Of a stretch of 64,000 bases of DNA, positions 38,394 through 51,900 are shown in pieces. This DNA is from Podarcis vaucheri. Its lineage: Eukaryota. Each line of letters opens with the position of its first letter. Positions within the stretch are counted from its first letter, which is position 1. The notes below the pieces were generated by a model, which did no database searches, had not been told where the DNA came from, and saw nothing but the letters and a program-made list of their open reading frames with translations. The stretch lies in NCBI GenBank assembly GCA_965113315.1, contig OZ220365.1. One strand, 5' to 3'. Position numbers and translations under genes: made by a program.

Positions 38394-39793
38394 TATTAAT
38401 TGAAATCAAGTTATTGTGCCTAAATTCAAGGTACTGTGGAAAATTAAGGGACTTTTTTAAAAAAATCCACTTGACAGACCACACAGAAAATATCATATCT
38501 TATAATCTCTTTCTAGCAAGAACAATTCTATATTTGTTTCTAGCAAAAGGAGGGAGGGCAAGCAATTTTTGCAAATGCCCTCCTTTCTCCTGTAGCTGTC
38601 ATGGATGGGCTGGATGTGGGGGAGGGGCACCAGCTGGGCAACCCCCAAGGAAACCCCAAGTTGAAGGTGTCTCAAAGCCAGGAGATTTGTGTTGAGGTGA
38701 TAATGAGTGGTCAGAGGGAGAAGAGGGGACAGACTGGGAGGAGGAGGTGTCAGAAGCAGGAAGAGGCTGGGGCAGAGAGCAGTCTATATTCAAACCATTT
38801 GTATTCTGTATATATCTACACTAGTATTTTAATTCAATCTGAGATTAACTGAATGGATGTATATATTATGGAAACGTGTGATCTGCTTCGTAGTAAGTAT
38901 GTTTAGAGTGCTGGCGTGAAATATAGATATGTTTCTGTGTTTTGAAATTTTTGGTATATGAGGCAGAGCTTGCTCACTAAACCCCAGTTTGTTCTTTCTC
39001 TCTCAAAGACAATTATTTTCCTCCAATGATGACATTTTTCCTTTTTTGTAAACCATGAACAGAATAATTTTATCCATTTTATTCTATTACAACCTGCAGA
39101 AAACTAAATTTTAACTGAGCTTCCTTCATTGCTAAAGTGTACCAATTATCTCTCCCACCTGGAAGTTGAAGACATGTCCTCCTTTACCTGATAAGGGCAT
39201 TTTGGCTTTAACCAACCCAACTAATTTTACAAAAATAACATGATATGTAAAATAGGTTTGTTCCCTAGAGCTTTCTGCTTCCCTCCTATCCAAGATATTG
39301 AGTTCAATTTACAATGACCTCTGATTGACCTATAGACAAAGTTTTAAAGGTCTTTGCCTCAGCTACCATCAGGAAGTGGCCCTCTGGAAATGCCTTTTGA
39401 AAAACACACACCACAAAGAGTAGTAACAGCTGAAGTGACCCAGGAGTCAATTCTTGATCCCTGTACAGGAGAATCCCCTTCACCCTTTTGGCGTTTCATC
39501 CATCTTCATTTGCTTTTACTTTTTGTCATTTCCTCTTGACTTGCAAAATGAAAGACAGAGGAATCTATGATTCTTCTTCTACCTCTTAACTTTTACAGCA
39601 AATAGCTACTTCCCCCAGTGGTACACAGAGTGCATTTTGCTGTATTCTATTATTCTGTCAGTGTCCCTGTTTTGAAGATTCATGGGGCTGGAATAGGTCT
39701 CATAGGTAATTTAGTCCAACCACCTATTCAGTGCAGGAAATTCATAGGTACATCATCCTCAACAGACAGCTGTCCATCCATGGGGTGATTTAC

Positions 39794-39900
39794 AGGGTTG
39801 TGGGTTCAAGCCCCATGTTCGACAAAAGATTCCTACCATTGCAGAGGGTTGGACTAGATAACGCTTGTGGCCCCTTCCAACTCTACAATTCTGTGATTCT
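39794..39900 (+). mobile_element. SINE/LINE remnant with a CR1-type 3' tail
   Basis: gggttcaagcccc (B-box-like) ... gggttggactagat...cccttccaactctacaattctgtgattct, a CR1-type 3' terminus. Confidence 0.65.
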
Positions 39901-39916
39901 ACTTCCAACACAAATA

Positions 39917-40261
39917 CAGTGGTGCCCCGCAAGATGAATGCCTCGCAAGACGAAAAACTCGCTAGACGAAAGGGTTTTGCGGTTTTTGAGCTGCTTCGCA
40001 AGATGAATTTCCCTATGGGCTTGCTTCGCAAGACGAAAACATCTTGCAAGTTTGTTTCCTTTTTCTTAACACCGTTAATACAGTTGCGACTTGACTTCGA
40101 GGAGCAACTCATAGAATGCGGTGTGGTAGCCTTTTTTGAGGTTTTTGGTGATTTTTGAAGCTTTTCCAAAACTTTTCCAACACCGTGCTTCGCAAGACGA
40201 AAAATTCGCTAGACGAAAAAACTTGCGGAATGAATTCATTTCATCTTGCGAGGCACCACTG
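39917..40261. mobile_element. Tc1/mariner (Tigger-like) MITE
   Basis: TA|CAGTGGTGCCCCGCAAGATGAA...TTCATCTTGCGAGGCACCACTG|TA, with repeated internal CGCAAGACGAAAA motifs. Confidence 0.9.
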
Positions 40262-42972
40262 TAGCAATTGTCAGGCAGGTTCAACTGTAATTAATGTATT
40301 GCCAAGTTCACATAAAGCAAGCAGGATCTGTATTTTTAAAAATAAACTAGATTTGCATGAAGGTAGCCGTTGCAATGCTAGTGAAATGTGAATGTTGGCA
40401 GCCAGGCTTAGGTTGTATTGTGCTGAGGACAAATTTGGGGGCTGGCCTTGATTCCTCAGGAGTGGTCTGGAGTTACTGATGGGGCTCAATTGTCAAAATA
40501 ATCATGCAACATTGTAGCTTTTGCAAGTCAAAGCAGTGAAGTGTAGGTGAACAGGTTTATAGTATGTGATATTATTAATAAGTATACATCAGCCATGTAT
40601 AACATTTGGAGCACACCATATAACAACACTGAGTTCTCTTTTAAAAAATTGTTTTAAATACTCATATATGCATACACACACATATACACAGAGACTCTGC
40701 AAAGTTAGGGAAGGTTGGGTCATTGATGAGTATCTTGAATTTTGTGTGTGTGTGTGTGAAATAGAGATCCTAAAAGCAATCTCATTGGATCTGGAATACC
40801 TGGAGACCCCTGGACATAATGAAGTCTTTCAGCAACAGCAGTTTAGTGGTGTAACCACTTCAAGGAAATTTAAATGGGGGTGTTAGCTCTGTTTCATTTT
40901 CTGAGCCAGGTAGACTAACTCACAATACGAGTGGGAGGACTCCATGGTTTTCCTCCTTCTCTGAGGATCAACAACAGATTGGCCTGCATAGGAAGTCAGG
41001 ATATTTAGGGGGCCTTTGTTAATACCACTGTTGCAGATGTTTAATTATGTTTTGGCCTAGCTCAGTCCATAACTTCTCTCATGTCTTCCTTCTGGGGTGG
41101 GTGCCTATAGCAATTGATGTCTTATTATACATCTTTGACTAAGTAGTGAAAATTATAGAGGGCTTCTCAAAAGCAAACCCTGCATAATTATAAAGTAAAT
41201 AAACTGCATATTCTTAGTATCAAGATAATCTCTAAGCAATTTCTCACACTCCTAAATGCATTCCTCTTATGTAAAACAGATGTATGTCTTTGGGGTAGGC
41301 TTTGTGTTTCATTCATGTACTGTGAAAGTTCCTTGTAATTAAAGGAGGAAATACAAATTTCCTTGTCTAGTTCTAAGGATAATTTCTTGAGATGTGGATG
41401 CTTGCGGGAGCAGGGTGAGAGAACACATGGGAAACTGAGGAACGTCTGTCTCTCTCTCCCCCTACCCTCTGCCCGAAAAGGAAAAACTGGAAAATGTTTG
41501 AAATTTTTTTACAAAGAAAACCCAAACTCTTAATATTTTTATTCTCTTTCCAAATGATGAGTGAAAACATTTTATTTCAACTATTATGATAACTCCAAGT
41601 GTATTTATTTTCTTGGCCTGATTCTCTATGGCTGAACAGACCAGACAAACATGGTCTACAGTATTCAGTTTTGACACATCCAATGCGAATGTAAAAGGCG
41701 AAACATTTCAGACTTCTGCATGGTTACTCAAATTCAGTGTCTCCTGAATAGGCAAGAAGAAACCAATTTCCACACCTGTCAAAAATAGATTAATATCCTT
41801 GCTAATTGCACTTTAGGAATGGTCAATTAGTTCTAGTTAAACAGCTTTTGAAGAAGGGAGGGAGAAAGCAGGCTGGTATTGCCACCAGCACACATTGTTA
41901 TATTGAATAGACCTGTGCGAGAAGCGACGTGTGCCTCTGACATTTCATTGGAGCTCCTGCTGTACAACACAGCAATAATGCCATTCTTCTAGTTACGAGT
42001 CCATTTTAACGATGATTAGGACAGGAATGGTTACAAATCTTATATAAAGGAAAAACACAGTGGCACAGTGTGAGTTTTAAACTACCCTTCAGATGTCACA
42101 TCTGTGTCAAGAAAGACAGAAAGAAAAACGACAAGCTTTTCTAAAAAGTAAAAGGAAAGGTTTTTTTGCAGCAACATATATCTTATAATATTTATGTATT
42201 TCCCACTGAGGGGGAAAGCTAGCAATTCTTCTGAATTTGAAAAACAGGATTATATGAAATCCTGACCTTGACTACTGACAACTTAAGTATCCATACTACC
42301 TGCGGAAAATCTAAAAAATAGAAGTCAGGGCCAAGGGTTATTCTCATGATAAGTTAGTAAACATAGCAGGAAGGTTAGTTAATAAACACCAACTAAACCC
42401 TTCAATTACAGCAATAAATTGTTCAAATTGGTTAAATGTCCACAGTTTTTGCCCCAAACCCTATGGTGAGCTGTTTAATCAGCAAACCATTGCATCACTC
42501 AACAAACAGATATTGGCAGTCTCTGGGAGACACAAAGCAGCCCCTTAAGAATTAGTCCTTGATTGGCCAGCACACTTAGTTTCCTCAAAACTTGAAACTG
42601 AAAAAAGCTTTTAACTAAAAATAAATGTGAATAACAAATTCCTTCTAACAATATAACATTTTTCTGCAGAAGCCACATGTGTTTTATATTCTGACATAAT
42701 CTTTTTCACGTGGGCTGCCTCATGTATATTCTGTTATGGAAAATCCTGCCTCTGGGATCAGTTCAGTAAGAGAGCTATACTGACCTTGGACACCTATATG
42801 TAAAAAAACAGGCTATATATTTTGTAATAATAAAGAAGATAAAGAAAGAAGGGCAAATCTTTATTATTCCTTCTATTACTTTCATTTTCAATTTACATGG
42901 CTTCAGAGAGGCTTATGCTAACACCAGCATGTTCAGGGTCTTTGAATGCTGCACATTATAATGGTAGCTGAT

Positions 42973-43444
42973 GGCCTAGTCTGCACTTAACACTAAACCA
43001 TGGTTAATGTTAACCACAGCTAAAGCTGACCATGAACCATAGCGAAAGCTAAGGTGTCTAGCGGATGATCACTTAAACCTTAGTTAATTATGTCACAGAA
43101 TACAGTAGTTAAGAGCATCAGTGAAAGCAGCCAAGTCCAGAGGGAAGTTGGATTTGATTTTTTAAAATTTTCATTTTTTGCCACTTTTCATTTGCAGCTC
43201 TGTAGCTTTTGGGTGATGGTGTCTCTTTAAACATTGCTATGGAGGTCCTGGTTCACTAGTAATACTAAGCTATGGTTAGTGTTAACTAAGATTTATAAAC
43301 CAACTGCAAATGTTGGTTAATGAATGACCTTTAATCATAGTAACCATAAGTAATCTGCTAGGCTGGGTTCACACATAAATCCAAGTCATAATGTTAAGCT
43401 ATGGTTTAATGAACCATGGTTTAGCATTATGTGCTAACCAGGCC
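42973..43444. mobile_element. Old palindromic MITE, PIF/Harbinger-like
   Basis: Imperfect ~33-bp TIRs GGCCTAGTCTGCACTTAACACTAAACCATGGTT / AACCATGGTTTAGCATTATGTGCTAACCAGGCC, with internal AACCATGGTT-like repeats. The superfamily assignment is tentative. Confidence 0.6.
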
Positions 43445-45070
43445 AATGTGTCTGTTGAAACTCTCTTTCTATTCCGTTTTAGGTACTGCAACGAAGCCCC
43501 TGTCCTGTCATGAATCTAACAACTTGGCAGCATGGCCCCTGGCCTTCTATTCTGCAGACTCTTTAAACATGCACTTCATAACCTTTGTACTCCAGACAGT
43601 CTTTGGCATTAATACTCTAGCTATGAGAGTTTGAGATTTCATGTGTACTTTCCCCCCAGGCAAAGCATTGTAAATATTTGGAAGTATACTGAAACTGATA
43701 AAATTGTCATAAAAGTGTTAGAAAAGTAACTTTTCACCCCAAATGATTTTCATGGATAGTCTAAACTTTGTTCTTTGCAATCAAAAGCAAATGATGGAGA
43801 CAAAAAGTTAAAAAAAATCCTACTGGGTATGCTTAAAAGAGATATTTGGATCCTGCCTTAAGTGATTTTGACATTTATTATTATTATTATTATCTACTCT
43901 TAAATTTGTTGATTACTGCAACACACTAATCATTTTAGATAGTAGGATCATTAATTATATTTTTATCTTTTATTTCAATTGCTTGATGCTGCTTACCATG
44001 CTTTGTAAGCCCATTTTGAATATGAAAGTATTATAGAAAGGTAGAGTGTAACTTAAATGAAGAAATAAGAATTAACAATCCTATCATTTAAAACAATAGA
44101 GTAGTAGCATCAGGTTGAACCCCCTTTACAAGCTGTTGACCACTAAATATTAAAAGCCTGTTTTCAAAGTATATCTACCCAATGAGTACATGAAAACACA
44201 TCTGAATATGGGAAGATGTCACTCCCCAAGGAGTACATACCTAAATTTTGGGTGCTACCACTTCAAAGGTCTTATCTCTCACCCATTTGTTGAATCTTTG
44301 GTGAGGACAGTACAGGGTTAGGGATAAAAGTTGGGCTGGTATTTGGTGAGAAAGCAGTTCCCAAAGTATCTTGCTCCTAGATGTTAAGGCCTTTGGAGGT
44401 TAAACACCACGCTTCAAATTGGGCTCTGATACAAACAGACAACCAATTCAGTTACTACAAGTTGGGCACTTTATGTTCCAGTTGATAGGCTTCTAGTCAA
44501 CACTCTGGCAGCTGTTCCACAGCTCCCTGTCATCTACAGTGGTCTGATTCACATATCACATGAAAAGCAGAGTTTTAAACAAACTGGCTTGATGTGAAAA
44601 TGCAGCATGCTGGTGCATGCTCTTGGAAAGTTCCCATGGTATTCCTTGCCTGCTTCCTCTGCTGCTGTTGTGTTGTGTAGTTTGAACCTGGGCTCATGGT
44701 TTGTTTCCACCAAAAGAACCCATGATAGCAACCAAGGTTTATTTTCAGGAAACAAAGTACAAGCCTGCTTTCAGACAACACAACAACACAAGCACTGGCT
44801 TTTCTTCATCCCCAGCATGGCAGCAGCAGGAGGAAACCCCTGGGAACATTTGAGCTGCATGCTGCAACACACTGCTCATTCACATCTTATAAAGTCTCAG
44901 ATTTATACCAGCAGTGAAAAAGTTATAAATGGTTCCAGACTAAACTACTGCTTCATGAAAACAGTGAAGGGAGGCCACGTTCTCTCAAACTGTTCTTTTG
45001 CTCTGTCATCTTTCTTCCTAATCATACCACCTCTGTAAGCTCAGTAAGCAAGTAAGGCACCGTGGAAATA

Positions 45071-45259
45071 CAGTCATACCTCGGGTTGCTAATTTTTGGG
45101 TTACGGACGCGCAGAACCCAGAAGTACTGGAATGCATTACTTCTGGGTTTCGGCGCTCACACATTCGCAGAACCACCAAATTGCATCACGCACATGCGTA
45201 GACGCGGGTTGCGAACGTGCCTCCCGCACGGATCACATTCGCAACCTGAGGGTCCACTG
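45071..45259. mobile_element. Tc1/mariner-type MITE
   Basis: TA|CAGTCATACCTCGGGTTGC...GCAACCTGAGGGTCCACTG|TA. Confidence 0.8.
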
Positions 45260-46189
45260 TATACCATATTTTATTAAACCCCTCCTGCCTGCTTGGTTCG
45301 AATTATTTGAATATGCAATTTGGTTAGTACTGGCTTCATTCAGTCAGCAGATTTTCCACTAAATTACAATGTTTCAAATCATTATATTAACATTCCCCCC
45401 TCAAAACGTCTGATTTTCCCACATGTCCACTATACATGTATCTAATCCACTTTGCTTCCCCCACATTTCCAGCAAATATTAGATTATCTTTTGCTAGACA
45501 AAGAGGAGTCAAGTACCAGCAGTGCAGCATCTTTAAAAACAACAACCATATACTCACACAGCTCATTTTAAACTACGGTTTAATGTGAAGTGCAAACTGG
45601 GCCAGTGACTGTCTGTGCGAAGTATGTACTTGACTAGCATTCTCTTCGTTTTCCTCCTTGAAGTGTGAAAGCAAAAGTATGTCAGCTATCCTAAGCAGCT
45701 TCTCACTGCACCAGCACCTGCTCGGGCAACAGTCAGTTAAACAAGCAAAACAACAGCTGGGTAAGTCAGGTCAGTTACCCTATGAACCTCAAGACATATA
45801 CAATGGGCACCTCACCAGGCCACCCTTCCTTCTTCATTTGAAAATAGCAAGTCTTAGTAATATGATGCCTCCTGTATGCGTTTGAAGAGGCAGCAAAAGA
45901 CTTTCCGATACGCTGCTGCTGTTTTCTCTCTTTCTCAAAAGATGACAGATATACACACAGCCTCTCAGCCTGCATTGAGCACAGGGGAAAACACTGCTCA
46001 TCTAATTCCACACTGGCAATGTTTGCTTTAGAAGCACAGGCTCAAGCAGCTAGCATTAATCGTTAACTAAGCTTCATGGTGGTTAAATTTCTCTTGCCAT
46101 ACATACTCGTTAACATGTTTTCCAACTCCTGCGCAGTTTTACTGCAGCCTGTCATCAGGGTTACCCATTCTCTATTCAGGAGCACAATG

Positions 46190-46230
<41 letters not shown>
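46190..46230. repeat. (TAA)n microsatellite
   Basis: Seen directly. Confidence 0.95.
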
Positions 46231-46508
46231 TTATTTCTACCTGCCCAGGATATAATGCATCAACTAAGGCACTCTGGCAGGGTTTACAAGTGAAAACTGC
46301 ACTAAGCATGAATATCAGCCCCCATGACCAGTGTTCCACCTAAACTATGCCAGACTAATTTGTGTTGTCATAGAAAAACACCAACAACTTAGCCTAATTT
46401 TTGGCCTCAGGTGTTCTAACTTATATTCTAGCTGTTCTAATTTATTTCATGAGTGGGTTAGGGCTCAATGACTGGGTTTGGAATTGGGGGTTACTATGTA
46501 TGAACATA

Positions 46509-46871
46509 GGGACATGGGTGGCACTGTTGTCTAAACCACTGAGCCTCTTGGGCTTGAATTCCCGTGATGGTTTGAGCTCCCGTTGCTCGGTCCCAGCTCC
46601 TGCCAACCTAGCAGTTCGAAAACACGCCAAAAAGTGCAAGTAGATAAATAGGTACTGCTGCGGCGGGAAGGTAAACGGCGTTTCCGTGCACTGCTCTAGT
46701 TTCGGTGTTCCATTGCACCAGAAGCGGCTTAGTCATGCTTGCCACATGACCTGGAAAAACTGTCTGCAGACAAACGCCGGCTCCCTCGGCCTGTAAAGCA
46801 AGATGAGCGCTGCAACCCCAGAGTTGTCTGCATCTGGACTTAACTGTCAGGGGTCCTTTACCTTTATCTTT
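46509..46871 (+). mobile_element. Sauria SINE, older subfamily with B-box deletion
   Basis: GGGACATGGGTGGCACTG head, CCAACCTAGCAGTTCGAAA core, CCTTTA tail; 14-bp TSD TATGT(A/C)TGAACATA with one mismatch. Confidence 0.9.
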
Positions 46872-47441
46872 TATGTCTGAACATATGCTGTAATATTGTA
46901 CGTTGTTAATTTTTTGTTTATTTTGAAAATAAGGTGAAATATAATTTTTTAAAAGAGTGATGATGATGATGATAGCCAATTTACTAACAGTATAGTAAAG
47001 TCAAACAGCAGACAATGGCTGCCATCATTATGTGAGCCTTGCAGAATCCATTAGCTCACCAATGGTCGAAAAACAGAACACTAGATGAGATGGCCCTTGG
47101 CCTGCTTCAGCAAGGCAATTTTTAACTACTGTTTATTCATCCAAAGCCTGGGTGATTCTCTCCTCAGCTAAAAGTTCTGGAAGAGTTCAGAAATCCAGAG
47201 GTACCTAGGTGAGATGTGAGATTCCACTCCTGTGCTCTCAGCTCAGGAAAATGAAGGTCCTGGGGCAGAAGGACATTATACTGAAGTGGGGAGGAACTCT
47301 ATAATGGGCACTACAAATCAAGTGATTAAGTGACGTTATACTGAACTGAGAATATAACTTTGCTTACAATACTTATGATGTGTTAGCTGAACCTTTGGCA
47401 TTCGGGGGGTGGGGAACCAACAGATTATTTCAGCAGCAGTA

Positions 47442-47805
47442 GACGCGGGTGGCGCTGTGGGTAAAAGCCTCAGCGCCTAGGGCTTGCCGATCGAAAGGTC
47501 GGCGGTTCGAATCCCCGCGGCGGGGTGCACTCCCGCTGCTCGGTCCCAGCGCCTGCCAACCTAGCAGTTCGAAAGCACCCCCGGGTGCAAGTAGATAAAT
47601 AGGTACCGCTTACCAGCGGGAAGGTAAACGGCGTTCCGTGTGCTGCGCTGGCTCGCCAGATGCAGCTTTGTCACGCTGGCCACGTGACCCGGAAGTGTCT
47701 CCGGACAGCGCTGGCCCCCGGCCTCTTGAGTGAGATGGGCGCACAAACCCCAGAGTCTGTCAAGACTGGCCCGTTCGGGCAGGGGTACCTTTACCTTTAC
47801 CTTTA
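47442..47805 (+). mobile_element. Sauria SINE, young subfamily
   Basis: A box TGGCGCTGTGG, B box GGTTCGAATCC, (ACCTTT)n tail; CpG-rich; nearly identical to 54034-54392. Confidence 0.93.
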
Positions 47806-48759
47806 GAACACTAGTCTATAGGGGAAGAACAAGACATCATATCACACATTTCTATAACTGCACATTATGGACAGATGAGGAGTAATCTGATGCAGGAGTT
47901 ATGTTTTTGGAAGCTGCCCCTATGTTTGTCATTGTTATTGGGGCCTGCTGTAAAAGCACAATGATCACAACTGGTGTAACTACACAGAAATTTTATACCA
48001 AAGCCAAGACTTGATTCCCTGAATATTACTCCAGTTCCTAAATGCAATGGGTATGTATTGCTACACTGATTAAATATCCTGTTTCAATATATGTCAAAAT
48101 ATCGGAATCACAAAATTACATCTTGCTAAGTTCAGAAATATCTCTGTGGTCTATTGTTTGGAAAGTTAAGGTGCGCCAAATTTCAAGGAAATTAACAGGA
48201 CTTAAATACATGGGAAGTGTTAAAATCCTATTGATTTTAAATGCAACTGTGCATATGGCATTCCTATGGAGTGTTGCCAATAGGCTTTGTATCTTTACAA
48301 GGAACAAAATATGTTGTTCAGAAATAATATATGTAACCAACCTTACATTACATTTATTAATGGGAAATAATTCTAAATTGCCAAAGCATAACTTTACATA
48401 TGCTTGACTAAGATCATAATTGAGTGTTTTTGGACAAAAGCCTAAGTCATAACTTAGAGGCAAGAGGAGTTTAGAATTCCCCTCCCTCATCAACATACTT
48501 TCCAGATGTTAAAATTTTTCTGGCCCAATGATTTCATGCTAGAGGAAGGAGCGCAAGTTTAAAATATCCAAGTTCTGCTGTATGCCATTTGCCCTGTATT
48601 GTAAGTTGATATTTGTTTGTTTGTTTTCTTACACTGATATTCAATATTTCCTCCCTCCATGGAGCCTGAGGTGACATACATGTTATTCCCAGGTGGTCAC
48701 CCATCCAGACACTGCTTCAAAATTAATTCCCCAAGTTCAATAACGGACCATAACAAATT

Positions 48760-48947
48760 GGGGCGGGGGATTAGTTGAGTAGTAAGTACATGTTTTGCAT
48801 TCAAATGTTCAATCCCCAGGATCTTTAGATACTGTTGGAAGGGACCCTTGTCTCAGAACATGAATAGCCATGGCTGGTCAGTGTAGAGGAAACTGAGGAA
48901 GATTGACCAACTTTCTGATTCAGAATGAGACAGCTTCCTATGCTCCC
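48760..48947 (+). mobile_element. Degraded tRNA-derived SINE
   Basis: gttcaatcccc B-box remnant and a 3' end ...ctgattcagaatgagacagcttcctatgctcc typical of an abundant squamate SINE. Confidence 0.5.
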
Positions 48948-51900
48948 GTGATGTGAAACGAAATGTGCAATAGTGGGAAAATGGAAACACTGTTCTTGTT
49001 CATACACCTCTCTATGAACATAGAAAAGTGTTCCAATTCAGAACGGGGGTGGGGGTGGGGATCCCAGAAACTCCAAAAATAGACTAAAAAATCTGGACTA
49101 GCCTACTGCCCCAGCATCCCTCCCCAAAGAGTAAATTTGTTAATAGCCTTATTTTCTTATACTTTTGCCTCTCTTACCCTTCTGACCCTTGTGCATTCAA
49201 TAAAACATGTTTCTCTAGAGATAAAACTTTACACTGACCAAACATGCCTCCTTACAGCTGGGTTCACTGTTCAAACCGAAGACACCTTGTCTGCTTCAAG
49301 GATATCCATATCAGCTCAGCTGAAACTACCATAAAATTGGGGAAGTTAAAAAGAAGATAGGAGCACTGAATGTGAAGTGTGGAAATATTCTTGTTTTGCC
49401 AACAGCCCTTACTGGATGAGATCCAGAGAAACATGAGAGGCGCATATACAGGATAGGAGAGAATCATCAGTGCAGCTGGAGATTCGGTTGTTGTTTTCAC
49501 GTACGGTCTCCCCAGCAAATGCATCTACTGTAATTTATTTTGATTCAGGCAAAAAAAGGAGGGAAATTGAATTGAAGAACTTAATACCATCCACATTTTC
49601 AAAACGCATGAGTAATGTACAGTTGTATTTTGTTTTGGGCATTAATTAATTCTACCTTTCAGAGAAACTACTTGGGGTTGGTGAAATAGGAGTCACACAG
49701 AAGAACAATTTCCCCTGTGAAGAGTAGAAATATACCTTCATGTTTGAAGCAGGGATTACTAGGGCTGCCGCCTAATTGAAGAAATCGTATTTTATTATTT
49801 ATTTATTTTATGAAATAGATATACTGTTGGGGTGTTAAAAAGCCCTAAAATCTTCCAGTAGTGCTAGTAGTGAGATTCTGTGGAGGAGCTACTGCTGGCT
49901 CATTGAAGTCATTGGGAGGGAACTAAAAATAACAGCATCAGGGCTGGTGTAACGCAACACTTCGGGGAAACTGATGGGGCTTAGAGCCCTGCAGATACTC
50001 TCCCAGAATACTGACAAGAGATCTACACCTGTGGAGCTTCTAACAGGCATGTGGATGGGCCACTGGCAGTTGAAGCGCTGTCCTGTTAGTGGGAGCAGCA
50101 GTTACACCTCATTCAACAAAGGTTTGAGGGTGGTCCTTTTTTGATAAACGAACAATACAGTACCTAGAAACACTAATTCAGACACTAAGGAAGACATTAC
50201 AACAGCTTCAAGCTCAGAAAATAGACCAGGCAAACATGTGCAGCAATAAAAATTATTCTGATGTGTGTATACTTTTTTTTAAAAAAAGCTGTATTAGAAA
50301 AGCAATCCTATGAAACATAGAAATATCCGCACCTTTCCTAAAAAAAACCTTCAACTTAAAAAACCCCTGTTTGCTTACATACATTAAAGAATGTTGGCTA
50401 GCACACCTTCAATCCAGAATAAAAATCAAAAGGAATTTAAAACAGTACTAAACCACAATACTGGTTCCCTGTCTTTTGGTCCCACAAGTTATGCCCTGCT
50501 CTTACCAAAAGAGTTTTGCGTTATTACATTTAGCAAACAAAGAATTCCACTTATGCCGGAAAATGCCTGCTTTGAAAAGTCACTTTCCATTTGTTTCACT
50601 CCTGTATATTTCTCTTTACACTAGAACTCCATCCGTCTACTATGTATAAAAGGGAGTGGGTGAGACAAATATATGACACATGCGTACCAATTTAGTACCC
50701 GTCAATGTCTTTTTAAAAGTGCACTAGCAGTTTCCAATGTAACCCACTGTCATGAGAATCTATTACAGTGTATGTGATATAGGAGAAGAAAATGTAACAA
50801 TGTTGGATTAAAGAATCCAACCTGGACACCAGGAAGTTGATATTCTCCCCCTCCCCTTTTATCAAATCAGGAAGAGCAGTGACTTTCATTCCTCCCTCCT
50901 TTTCCCCTGATTGATAAGCATTAAATACTCACTTTCCCGCCTTAAAAAGCTTCCAATGAACTCCAGTTCATTGAGAACTGTGCACTTGAGCAAACGCTTC
51001 TCTCTTCGCAGTGCAGTGGCTATTCACTCTAAAATGTGGATCCTAAAGTCTCCTGTGTCAATAGCAATATAAGGGTCACATGACACATGGCCCTTTGTCT
51101 TTCTCTCGCTTGACAGCGTGTCAGTGGTCATGGCCAATAATTAAGACAGTGAAGTCGCAAACTGATGAAAAATGTAGATATCGTCCTGATCCTTTACAGC
51201 AGAATTGTAGATCTGTGCTACTATCACCTGAACTGATGATTCAGTTGGGGCTGAGGAATATTCCCAAGCAAAAAGAGCTTTATTTTACTTCAGCGACCAA
51301 AGCGGTATTTATTCCCCAGTGGTCTTCTCAAAATCAGTGCAGCTATTCTACATCTGTGGTTTCAGACATGCTAAACGAAACTTAGGAAAGCTTGGGACCA
51401 TAATGCCATCGGCCTCAAACTACTGTAAGCAGTTTACATCAGAAACAGCAACACAAGCATCACCTTTACTTTCTCTACCAAGGCCTATGATCATCCTAGT
51501 AAGGTCAAATTAAATTAAAACTGCTTCTGAAAAACTTGATTAGGACCCTGCTGAGGAATAATGTGTGAAAGTAGTGTCTATTGGCAGCAACCAGCTACTT
51601 CACAATAATATATTTATACTGAGTTCAGAAACTGGCATAATCACTTCAATCATAAGACTGACAGCACTGACAATAAATGCATTAGATCTTTACTTAACCT
51701 TACTTTCTCCTTTCAAGAGCAGCAAAAAACCTTTTTTTCTTTTCCAAATTGCCTTGTTGTTAATGGTCCATGATTAAAAAAAAAAATTACAGAAAGAGAT
51801 TACCTGCCCATACCTACTAACACAGCAGTAAGCAATTTTTAGTTGTTTCATACTTGCTTCTCAGCCATAAGTAGCAGGACACTAGACAGTGAATATGATA

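Noticed and set aside
39917-40261. CRISPR-like or regularly spaced repeats (CGCAAGACGAAAA)
   Set aside because: Eukaryotic DNA, irregular spacing, bounded by TIRs and a TA duplication; these are internal repeats of a mariner-type MITE.
47442-47520. tRNA gene (A box and GGTTCGAATCC B box; also near 54040-54110)
   Set aside because: These are the tRNA-derived heads of Sauria SINEs and run directly into the SINE body.
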